Source: a virus (taxonomy: Duplodnaviria; Caudoviricetes). Taken from it: 34,038 nt of DNA. The stretch spans positions 1 through 34,038 of the IMG/VR virus record IMGVR_UViG_3300032236_000424. One strand, written 5' to 3'. The translations under genes and the position numbers were made by a program. Shown here in pieces: positions 25,309 to 33,306 of this stretch (the first letter of the stretch is position 1; each line of letters opens with the position of its first letter). A model generated the notes under the pieces. That model was given only the letters and a program-made list of their open reading frames with translations, made no database searches and was not told where the DNA came from.

Positions 25309-25753
25309 ATTCATCCTTAGAAAGTAAACCAATTTTGTATTTTTTGGCAGGGTTAAAAATAGTCAATTTCTGCATCCTCATCTCAGGAGCAAAGCTAATG
25401 TGAGTCCAAATTCCATACTCATGGATGAGTTGGTCAAATTTGATCCCTGCATCCTCAATAGCCTTGGCAACCATTAAAGGTGTCCCAAAGTCCTTGCATG
25501 TGAAGTCAATAGCCCAACCATCCATGTGGCTAGAAACCTTGGCTCCCCCAACTGCTTGGTTTACCTCTGGCAGTCTTAACCATGAATTAATATGAATAGA
25601 CTTACCCAACAAGGCTCTGACCTCTTCCATGCCTTGGGCTGACTTTTTCATGTTTTCTAGTTGTTGCTCACTTGGCTGATTACTGATACCAAGTCTGGAG
25701 GCAGTCTCAGAGTAAGTAGCCTCCTCAAGTGTGAAATGTTCACTCAGATTCAT
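25295..25753 (-). CDS. Endolysin, peptidase M15A family
   Basis: LSEHFTL.E, SSHM.G.AID and WTHIS zinc-ligand motifs. Confidence 0.9.
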   Translation of the reverse strand: MNLSEHFTLEEATYSETASRLGISNQPSEQQLENMKKSAQGMEEVRALLGKSIHINSWLRLPEVNQAVGGAKVSSHMDGWAIDFTCKDFGTPLMVAKAIEDAGIKFDQLIHEYGIWTHISFAPEMRMQKLTIFNPAKKYKIGLLSKDEYEKL

Positions 25754-25967
25754 TTTGAGCCTTTCCTATGTGAATTCCTGTGATTAGACCAAGGAATCCA
25801 CCACAGATGGATTGGAATGCAGGCCCAACAATATCAAACACCACTTTGTCATCCACAGTTGGATCAAGCACTGCCTGAACAAACATCCAAATCATTGAGG
25901 CAATCACTCCCATGAGGGAAAGAGTTGCAATCATAGTTACACAGCCTTTTAGTGTCCAGTTTTTCAT
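25740..25967 (-). CDS. Putative holin (2 TM)
   Basis: Two hydrophobic helices; adjacent to the endolysin. Confidence 0.55.
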   Translation of the reverse strand: MKNWTLKGCVTMIATLSLMGVIASMIWMFVQAVLDPTVDDKVVFDIVGPAFQSICGGFLGLITGIHIGKAQNESE

Positions 25968-26422
25968 TGGTTTCCTTTCATTATTTTATAAACATTATTG
26001 TATTGATCTATGCATGAATTTAGTTCATTTATGGCTTTGTCACCTGTTGTGGTGAGGCTGATAAGGAAGTTACTAGTTGATTGGTCAAGTTGGGTTCCCT
26101 TTTCTGAATCTGCATAGGAGGCATCTGAGGGCATTGATAAGCCACTTTTGGTGTGGATGAACAACCTGAGATTAGCACTAGCCAAATCAGACCTAAGTTG
26201 AGCTTGTTTTTGATCTGCATCTTTATTTATTTTTTGGAGTTGTTGATAAGAGCTTGAATTTTGCTCAACCATTCTTTGCTCATTTGCCCTAGCTTGCTCA
26301 TTAAGCCTTGCAACTTCAATTTGATTTCTTGCTGATTCATCATTTTCTCCTTTGTAGTAACCTGACCCAAATGCACCAAGTATTGACACAATCATTCCCA
26401 AAAGAACCCAAGGATTAAACAT
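25964..26422 (-). CDS. rz: Inner-membrane spanin (Rz-like)
   Basis: N-terminal TM, coiled coil and LNSCIDQY C-terminus; likely start 26422. Confidence 0.8.
   Translation of the reverse strand: MFNPWVLLGMIVSILGAFGSGYYKGENDESARNQIEVARLNEQARANEQRMVEQNSSSYQQLQKINKDADQKQAQLRSDLASANLRLFIHTKSGLSMPSDASYADSEKGTQLDQSTSNFLISLTTTGDKAINELNSCIDQYNNVYKIMKGNQ
26029..26220 (-). CDS. rz1: Outer-membrane spanin lipoprotein (Rz1-like), embedded in rz
   Basis: Signal peptide with lipobox LVLISG-C and a Pro-rich mature part, in an alternate frame inside rz. Confidence 0.75.
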   Translation of the reverse strand: MQIKNKLNLGLIWLVLISGCSSTPKVAYQCPQMPPMQIQKREPNLTNQLVTSLSASPQQVTKP

Positions 26423-26433
26423 TTCTGCCCCTT

Positions 26434-26691
26434 TTATATGCAATATTTTGGTGAATATCCAGTTTCTCTAAAAATCTTATAACATTCATATTCTTTGCTA
26501 TTTTCTCTGAATTTCTTTTTGAACTCAATATGCCAAGGCTCTTCCACTTTACTTCTTTGATAGTCTAAGTTGATGTAATACATCAGTCCAAAGATGGTGA
26601 GCATAACCACCAAGATTGCAATGCAGATTGCAATTCTAAGTGTCCATCTCTCTTTTCTTTCTCTTCTTTCTCTTTCTTCAACTTGATCCTT
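26434..26691 (-). CDS. -1 frame extension (85 aa: TM plus two-Cys domain) of the 27074 gene
   Basis: Open -1 frame from the A9 run (26690-26698) to TAA at 26434, which abuts the rz RBS. Confidence 0.7.
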   Translation of the reverse strand, partial: KDQVEERERRERKERWTLRIAICIAILVVMLTIFGLMYYINLDYQRSKVEEPWHIEFKKKFRENSKEYECYKIFRETGYSPKYCI

Positions 26692-27074
26692 TTTTTTTGA
26701 TCTTTGTCAAACTTGGCTTGATCCTTTTCTAGTTTTTCTCTTTCTTTTTGAAAGTCAGACCATAAAGCACCAAGCTCTGGAGGTGATTCATAAATCAAAA
26801 CTCTCCTTAAATCCTCCTCTGCCTGTTCTAGTTGTTTTCTCTTAATTACATTCTCAAGTGCTTGAGCCTTGATACTTTTGCCTTTAGGAGGATTCTTTTC
26901 TTTATGCTTGACCTCTGCAATAGCTTTTTCTTGATGGTCAAAAAAAGAGCCAAGTGAATCACTCAGCTCTGAATATATTCCAACTACTTCCTTTCCCACA
27001 CCCTTGGCCTCTTTATACAAAGCCACCCCTTGCTTAATAGCAGAGACAGCTGAGATAGCCAACATGAAAGGCAT
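26583..27074 (-). CDS. Coiled-coil protein; zero-frame product of a probable frameshift gene
   Basis: 163-aa ORF containing CAA AAA AAA AGG at codons 126-129. Confidence 0.7.
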   Translation of the reverse strand: MPFMLAISAVSAIKQGVALYKEAKGVGKEVVGIYSELSDSLGSFFDHQEKAIAEVKHKEKNPPKGKSIKAQALENVIKRKQLEQAEEDLRRVLIYESPPELGALWSDFQKEREKLEKDQAKFDKDQKKRIKLKKEKEEKEKRDGHLELQSALQSWWLCSPSLD

Positions 27075-27301
27075 TATTTGAGAGTAAAGTAGTGTGAAAG
27101 AAAGCCTACCAGACTAGAAATGCCTGAGACCACCATCATGCCAACCCAAAAACCTCCTTTAGATTTATCAGCCATAGAAACTAGCTTTTCAATAGAGTTT
27201 TCAAGTTTGTCTATTTTCTTTTCCATAGAATCAAACTTTTTTTCATAGTCCTCTACCTTTTGCCAAAGGACTCCATATTTAACTAAATCAATTTCAGCCA
27301 T
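27074..27301 (-). CDS. Small coiled-coil plus C-terminal TM protein (holin- or XhlA-like)
   Basis: Heptad region followed by GGFWVGMMVVSGISSLVGFL. Confidence 0.6.
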   Translation of the reverse strand: MAEIDLVKYGVLWQKVEDYEKKFDSMEKKIDKLENSIEKLVSMADKSKGGFWVGMMVVSGISSLVGFLSHYFTLK

Positions 27302-27303
27302 GA

Positions 27304-28050
27304 TTAACTTTTCATGATGTATGCAAGAGCATAGTATGGAGGCATATTTGCACCAGATCCACTTACACCAGTTGTTTGGTTGCTTGTGGCTACTGTAATG
27401 CCAGTTGATGATGTTCCAGTTGTGCCAGTTGTAGCACTACCAAAAGTAACTTGTGATCCAGAATTAGTGCCACCATAACCATTTGTTGTTTGAGCTTGTG
27501 GGCTGAATGTGTGGTTGTGTCCTGGGTCTGTAACAGTTGAAGTAGCTGTGTGAGTATGAGAAACAATTACTGCATCTGTAGATCCACCAGTTTGGCCTAC
27601 AGAGTAGGTGTTGCCTGCACCCAATACAAAGCTATTTCTCAGATCTGGTGTGCCATTTTGACCATTACACAAATACCATCCAGATGGTACAGATCCCACA
27701 GCTCCTGACCAAATAGCAATTAATCCACTTGGAACACTTGCTGATGTGGTTGGTGCAACTCCAATAATTCCATATAAATTATCATAAGTCTGGATAGTGT
27801 TATAGCTTGAGTCTTGGAGCACAAACTTATAGTTATATCCATAGGTTAACCAGATCTCAGTCTGAGGTCTGCCATCAGTACCCAAGACAATAGGATTGGT
27901 GTTTGGATAGGCTCCTGCATTATCAGAATAAGTAGCCTGTGGTGTGGTTGACCCTGCCTGATAGGTATAGATCAACCCTCCTGATAATGGAAGTCCTGTA
28001 GTGGTAAAGAATTGAAATCCATTACCTATTGGGGCAAGATTGACACTCAT
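27304..28050 (-). CDS. Short tail fibre: virion-binding N-domain plus collar domain
   Basis: QFF...G.PLSGG.IYTY.AG.TTP N-terminus; VPSGWYLCNG.NGTPDLR..F collar motif; NMPPYYALAYIMK end. Confidence 0.8.
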   Translation of the reverse strand: MSVNLAPIGNGFQFFTTTGLPLSGGLIYTYQAGSTTPQATYSDNAGAYPNTNPIVLGTDGRPQTEIWLTYGYNYKFVLQDSSYNTIQTYDNLYGIIGVAPTTSASVPSGLIAIWSGAVGSVPSGWYLCNGQNGTPDLRNSFVLGAGNTYSVGQTGGSTDAVIVSHTHTATSTVTDPGHNHTFSPQAQTTNGYGGTNSGSQVTFGSATTGTTGTSSTGITVATSNQTTGVSGSGANMPPYYALAYIMKS

Positions 28051-30299
28051 TTTCCTATGTCCTTAATATTGTTTATTCCAGCGGTTCTGGAAATAGTTTT
28101 TGCTAATTGCTCTTGTTGAAGTCTTTTTTGCTCTTCCAATGCAAGTCTTTCATTTCTTGCCCTAAGAATTGGCTTGGTGATTGATGTTACTAATCCAAGT
28201 TTTCCACCAGTTGCAAAATTTCCTCCTGCCTCTGCAACTCCAAGAGCCGCCTCTTTGATTGCTTTCTTAGCCGCTTCCCTTTCAGATGTAATTGCTGTCT
28301 GAGATACATTAGCATTTCCACCCTCTGCATTTCTAACATGCTCAGTAAATCTAGCAACATCACCAATGTTTCTAAGTCTGTTGGCGGCTTCTGAACCCAC
28401 AGCTAAATCAAGTTTTCCACCTAAATTATTTAATTCTTTATTTAAAGCCTTTTGTGATATTGCTCCCACTTCACCAGATTCAGTGTTAACCACCCCTGCA
28501 TTAGACTTTAAATGATCAACTAAACCAGAAATCAATTCATGATGAGATTTAGATCCTTCACCAACCAAATTAATTAATCTATTAATATCAGATTGAGATG
28601 CTTTATCACTTGTAACCAATGTTTTAAAAAAGTTTTTAGCATCAGGATGAGGTATTAATTTTTCAATTTCCTCTGGTGTTCTTGGGTCATCATAAGCCAG
28701 AGCATATGCTTTGTTGTAATTAGGATTTGGCTTGTTTTTTGTTGGAGGTGTAATTAATTGTTTTTGTGCTCTAAATAATGATCTAGCTTGATCTGCAACA
28801 GCCTTTTGCTCTGCATTTTCACCTTTAAGTGGTAAATCCTCTAATGCATCTCTAATGTGACCAAGAGCATTTCTTACATTTCCATCTGTACTTGCTCTGC
28901 TTGCTGTAGCCAATTGAGTTCTAAGATTCTCAAATTGGTTGAAATTCATATCCCTTTCAGGAGGAGTTGTGCCAATTACTTCACCAGTTTTAGGATCTAA
29001 TTTTTCTTGTGGTAAATATCTATTTAATTTCTTTTGCCAAACTTCTGGCAAATGATCAATATCATCAGTTTCTACTGTCAGCTTTTTCATTGCATTTTTT
29101 GCAAATGCCTCTGAATCAATAGGAAACTTACCACCACCTAAGTCTTCAAGACTTTTATAAGCATCTTTAATTGCTTGAGTGTCTTTATCTACTTTATTTA
29201 TCTTAATATCTTCAAGAATATTGTTTGCTTTATCTTCCATGCTTTTGCCAGAATGTTCAGGAGCAAACTCTTCTTTAATATTATTAAATCCCTTAATTAA
29301 CATGGGATTTCTTTGTTCAAATTTTTCTCTCAATAATTCATTACCAGGCAATGCTTTGTGATTGTATTCATCAGACATTTTTGTAATATCTTGCAAAGCC
29401 TGACCCTCTGTAGGTACAAAATTAGGGTCAACTTTAGAAAATTTATTATGTATTTCTAATGACTTTAGATCTTGAGGTGTGTAACTAGTAATTGGTTTAT
29501 TAGCTAATTGAGCTTGTAAAGTTGGATGGGCATTGGCTAATTCTGCTTTAACTGCTGTTTCAGGCACAGTAGCCGCGGCTCCTCCACTTTGTAATCCAGT
29601 TGTTTCTGGTGCAACTGATGTAACTGGTGCAATTGTAGGTGCTTTTCTAGCCTCGAATTGGCTTGTTAAATCAGATCTAAGACCTCTAATATCTGAAGCT
29701 ACACCTCTAACTGTTGAACCCAGTGGAGCTACATACTTAGCACCAAATGGAGCCGCCAAACCTAAAGCATTAATTCCTTGTTGGACATCTTGAACAGGAA
29801 TATGTAGATTTTTTGCAATAACTTCTGCACCCTCATTAATATGAGATGCAATGTAATTATTAATTGGATCTGTAAGTCTACTTTTATATCCTTCAGTTCC
29901 TAATATTTTGCTTGGCAAATTAGAAATTGGCTCACTTACATTTTCAGCAGTTTTTGATGCTTGTTCAGCAGATTGACCAAAAAGTCTAGACCCAAGATAA
30001 GTACCTAAATTGGCTACAGCTCCTGGCAAGTTTGCAGGAATATCTGCCAAATTAGCTATTTCAGGAACTATTTTTGAATAATCAATTGGCTTTTGTTGAG
30101 CAATAGCTTGCTTACTCCTAACAGGCCTAATTCCAATGTAAGGCTTTGTTAAATCAATTTCTTGAGGTTTATTTGTAGGAGTTACATTTTGCAAAAACTC
30201 ATTAATATCATGCTCTTGAACTTTTGATTTTGGTTCAGGCAAAGAAGTAAGAAATTGATTAATATCATATTCTTTTGGCTGTGATGTGGACATGACCAT
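28047..30299 (-). CDS. Large DNA ejection (internal virion) protein, gp16 position
   Basis: About 750-aa helical protein, third of three genes after the gp10-like gene; GGAGG RBS before the ATG at 30299. Confidence 0.65.
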   Translation of the reverse strand: MVMSTSQPKEYDINQFLTSLPEPKSKVQEHDINEFLQNVTPTNKPQEIDLTKPYIGIRPVRSKQAIAQQKPIDYSKIVPEIANLADIPANLPGAVANLGTYLGSRLFGQSAEQASKTAENVSEPISNLPSKILGTEGYKSRLTDPINNYIASHINEGAEVIAKNLHIPVQDVQQGINALGLAAPFGAKYVAPLGSTVRGVASDIRGLRSDLTSQFEARKAPTIAPVTSVAPETTGLQSGGAAATVPETAVKAELANAHPTLQAQLANKPITSYTPQDLKSLEIHNKFSKVDPNFVPTEGQALQDITKMSDEYNHKALPGNELLREKFEQRNPMLIKGFNNIKEEFAPEHSGKSMEDKANNILEDIKINKVDKDTQAIKDAYKSLEDLGGGKFPIDSEAFAKNAMKKLTVETDDIDHLPEVWQKKLNRYLPQEKLDPKTGEVIGTTPPERDMNFNQFENLRTQLATASRASTDGNVRNALGHIRDALEDLPLKGENAEQKAVADQARSLFRAQKQLITPPTKNKPNPNYNKAYALAYDDPRTPEEIEKLIPHPDAKNFFKTLVTSDKASQSDINRLINLVGEGSKSHHELISGLVDHLKSNAGVVNTESGEVGAISQKALNKELNNLGGKLDLAVGSEAANRLRNIGDVARFTEHVRNAEGGNANVSQTAITSEREAAKKAIKEAALGVAEAGGNFATGGKLGLVTSITKPILRARNERLALEEQKRLQQEQLAKTISRTAGINNIKDIGK

Positions 30300-30300
30300 A

Positions 30301-31851
30301 TTATTGGCCTCCAACAAGTTTCAACAATTGTTGCCTTTGCTGTTCCAATGCTTGTCTTCTTTGTAATGGCATATTTCCCATGAAATTCTTTGCATGGTCT
30401 TTTTCATATTCTTTAATAAGAAGTTTGTTTGGATTTTCACCAACTATTGAAATGTATCTCATTAGGTCAGGAAAATCTTTACTACTAGCAAATTTTGCAA
30501 ATTCATTGTTAAAACCTTGCACAGCTCCCAATCTTGGATTTACTTGATAGCCTGCATTGTTTTGAATGCCCCTAGCTTGTAATTCTTGTTGAGTGAGCCA
30601 AGCATTATCTTGTCTAACAATTTCTTTAAGAGGTTCTTTGCCAAGACTAAAAGATCCATAAGCCGCTCTTTTACTTTCTGCATCAGCATCAGATTTAGTG
30701 GATAAATTTTGAATCCTTTGCTCAAGATATTTTGTTAACTGAGTTTCTTTATCATTAAGAATTCCTTTATTTGTTTTATTAGCCAAATAATTGGAAACCA
30801 CACCAGGCCTAACATCCTCATCATGAAGTAATTCCATGATGTGATCATTAACAGTTCTAATAGTTGGCAGATGACCATATTCACTCTTTGCATTACTAAA
30901 TTGATCTTTTGCCTTTTCTAATGTTGCTTGATTAGATGCAATCCTTGCATTAAAGTTTTCAGGAGACTCATTAGGCATTGGAGTCAATTGAGGATTGAAT
31001 CTAGTTGGAGACATTACCATTGGAGGTGCTGTTCCAGTAGTAGCTCTTGGAGTTGTTGCAGTTGCAGTTGTAGCTTGTGGGGTAGCTGTTGTAGCAGTTG
31101 GAGGCCCACTTTTTGTGATGTTTCCAGTTAAATTGCCAGATACATCTCTTTGACCTCCAACTACATATTGTTGTTTTGTTATTGGATCTGTAACAACTTG
31201 TGGAGCAATACTTGTTGGTAATGGTGCACCTATTTTAGTTCCAGGAGCTGTCTCAGCCATCTGAGGATTACCAGTAGCAACAGGCTGAACAATTCCTCCC
31301 AAATTAGCCAAATTAGCAGTTGGGAATTTAGCTCCAAACTGTTCTGATGGAGATGCAGAACTTCCTGCAGATGTAAGCCTTAATTTTTCATATTTTGCAA
31401 AATCACCATCTTCAATTGCTTTTTCCATTTGACCCAAAAGATTGGATGGATGCTTTGGAAGACCAACAGCAATAGTTGCTTCCCTAACAATTCCCAAAGA
31501 TTCTGCTAATGCATTTTTATTTATTTCACCATTTTTATCTTTAAATGAATCAATTTTTGGCAAAGCATTAATCATTCTCCTTGCATAATCTTCACCAGAA
31601 ACCATCAAGTCTTGTTTGCTTTTTTGAGCTTGTGTTTGAGCTGTTGATAAATCTGCTTTAGCCTTTTCAACTGCCAATGGATTTGTTTGTTGTAATTGCT
31701 CAATAGTCATTTGAGCTTGTTGTAAAGCCAAAGGATTCAATTGTTGAGCCTGTTGATATGCCTGTGCTCCTCTAGCAATATTCATCATGTCAGCCAAAGA
31801 TGTCTGTGGCTGTTGCTGTACATTTATTGGTGCAAAATTAAATCCTGCCAT
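30301..31851 (-). CDS. DNA ejection protein, gp20 position
   Basis: Q/A-rich N-terminus; synteny with P22-like ejection genes. Confidence 0.65.
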   Translation of the reverse strand: MAGFNFAPINVQQQPQTSLADMMNIARGAQAYQQAQQLNPLALQQAQMTIEQLQQTNPLAVEKAKADLSTAQTQAQKSKQDLMVSGEDYARRMINALPKIDSFKDKNGEINKNALAESLGIVREATIAVGLPKHPSNLLGQMEKAIEDGDFAKYEKLRLTSAGSSASPSEQFGAKFPTANLANLGGIVQPVATGNPQMAETAPGTKIGAPLPTSIAPQVVTDPITKQQYVVGGQRDVSGNLTGNITKSGPPTATTATPQATTATATTPRATTGTAPPMVMSPTRFNPQLTPMPNESPENFNARIASNQATLEKAKDQFSNAKSEYGHLPTIRTVNDHIMELLHDEDVRPGVVSNYLANKTNKGILNDKETQLTKYLEQRIQNLSTKSDADAESKRAAYGSFSLGKEPLKEIVRQDNAWLTQQELQARGIQNNAGYQVNPRLGAVQGFNNEFAKFASSKDFPDLMRYISIVGENPNKLLIKEYEKDHAKNFMGNMPLQRRQALEQQRQQLLKLVGGQ

Positions 31852-31853
31852 TT

Positions 31854-32738
31854 TTAATACCCTCCAGGATTGAATGTGCCACTACCCAAGGCTCCACCAG
31901 AGTTCACATTAAAAGTTCCACTTCCCAAAGAATTTAAAGAATTAGCTGATGGGGAATATGTAGGAGCTACATAAGGAGTTTGGAATCCTGTCATATCAGT
32001 TGGAGTAATGCTTGGGTTTTGATTTAATAAGGAATAAAGCATTGCATTATTTCCTAAATTATTAAGTGCACCACCATAAGCATTAGCTACACCCATTTGA
32101 CCTTGACCTAATGCAGATGCTCCACCAATTCCAAGTGCTCCTTGATTGGTTGCAGTGGTTGTGCCTGCAGTGTTAACTTGATTTTGACCAACTTGTCCAA
32201 GCCCTGCTTGACTTGCCAACATGCCATAAATATTGTTTCTTTGATTCTGGTAATTAGTAAATGCATTTTGATATTGGTTGCCTGCCAAGCCTTGTGTGTA
32301 GTTTTGTAGGCCTGCCAAAGCATTACCACCTATTAATCCACCACCTACATTATTAGATGCCTGTAAAGCATTTTGGCCTTGTTGAAGCACAAATCCATAA
32401 TTAGGAGCAATCTGAGAATTTAGATCTGCCGCACCAAATTGATTTGTCAAATATCCTGATCCAACTCCAGTGCCTGCAGGATTTCCATTTTGATCAACTA
32501 TGCCATAAGTTCCAGAGCCTAAAGAACCAATTCTATTAATTGCATTGTAGCCAAGCTGTCTAACTGGGGCTTGTTGACTATTAATAGTGTTGAAGTTTTG
32601 TTGTTGAAGTGCTTGGGCATTAGCCGCTGCATTTGCTTGTAAATTAGCCGCGTTATTAGCCGCGTTCGCAGACATCCCTGCCCCTACAAGGCCAAGACCT
32701 CCTGCAATTGCCATTCCTAACCCTGCTCCAATTGGCAT
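31854..32738 (-). CDS. DNA ejection / pilot protein, gp7-like
   Basis: Hydrophobic G/A-rich N-terminus followed by A/N/Q-rich helices; PNYGF..QQG..A motif. Confidence 0.75.
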   Translation of the reverse strand: MPIGAGLGMAIAGGLGLVGAGMSANAANNAANLQANAAANAQALQQQNFNTINSQQAPVRQLGYNAINRIGSLGSGTYGIVDQNGNPAGTGVGSGYLTNQFGAADLNSQIAPNYGFVLQQGQNALQASNNVGGGLIGGNALAGLQNYTQGLAGNQYQNAFTNYQNQRNNIYGMLASQAGLGQVGQNQVNTAGTTTATNQGALGIGGASALGQGQMGVANAYGGALNNLGNNAMLYSLLNQNPSITPTDMTGFQTPYVAPTYSPSANSLNSLGSGTFNVNSGGALGSGTFNPGGY

Positions 32739-32740
32739 AA

Positions 32741-33091
32741 TTAACCCCTTTTAATCAAAACATCATCCACTTTTTCTGGATCTTTTTCAGCAGTGGCATG
32801 AATACAAAACCAAACTGATTCCTCTAAAGCCTGTATTGAATGATGCACCCCTGATTTTATTTCAATACAGGCAGGAGCACCATACATTTTTTCAGAATCA
32901 TCAGTCCTAACAATTACCTTTCCTTTGGCCAAAATACTCAAGTGGCTGAAATTATGGACATGCTGAACTATAAAAAAATCCTTTGGAATTGTCATTTCCT
33001 TGGCATAGAGGCCATCAGAAAAGTTATGGACAATCTTTGGATCAAAGTCCATTCTGCCCTCTAGAGTCTTGAATATGTCAGCATGATTCAT
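32741..33091 (-). CDS. Cupin-fold protein
   Basis: H.FSDGLYAKE..IP, HVHNFSHLSIL.KG, G.HH and WFCIH motifs. Confidence 0.7.
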   Translation of the reverse strand: MNHADIFKTLEGRMDFDPKIVHNFSDGLYAKEMTIPKDFFIVQHVHNFSHLSILAKGKVIVRTDDSEKMYGAPACIEIKSGVHHSIQALEESVWFCIHATAEKDPEKVDDVLIKRG

Positions 33092-33306
33092 TGGTTGTAA
33101 TAAGGTACTTTGTAGTTTTTGCCATTAACTGTGACATTCATGAACCCTGCAGGAGCAGTTGGCAAAATAGCTCCTCCCTTTGTAGCAGTCCCTGAAGATG
33201 TGAAATTTAACAAATTCTGAAAATATTGTAGCCAAGCCCTTTGTGGTCTTTTTGTGGATTGGTCAATAAACTCAGTCTGTGGGTATCCCTGAATCTGTGT
33301 GGTCAT
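33088..33306 (-). CDS. Small virion-associated hypothetical protein
   Basis: R.W..YF..L and LP..PAGF....NG..YKVPYY motifs; ATGA-coupled. Confidence 0.6.
   Translation of the reverse strand: MTTQIQGYPQTEFIDQSTKRPQRAWLQYFQNLLNFTSSGTATKGGAILPTAPAGFMNVTVNGKNYKVPYYNQ

Noticed and set aside
26434-27074. Frameshift gene as a lambda G/GT tail assembly chaperone
   Set aside because: There is no tail tube or tape-measure gene, the context is lysis, and the extension is a membrane anchor.
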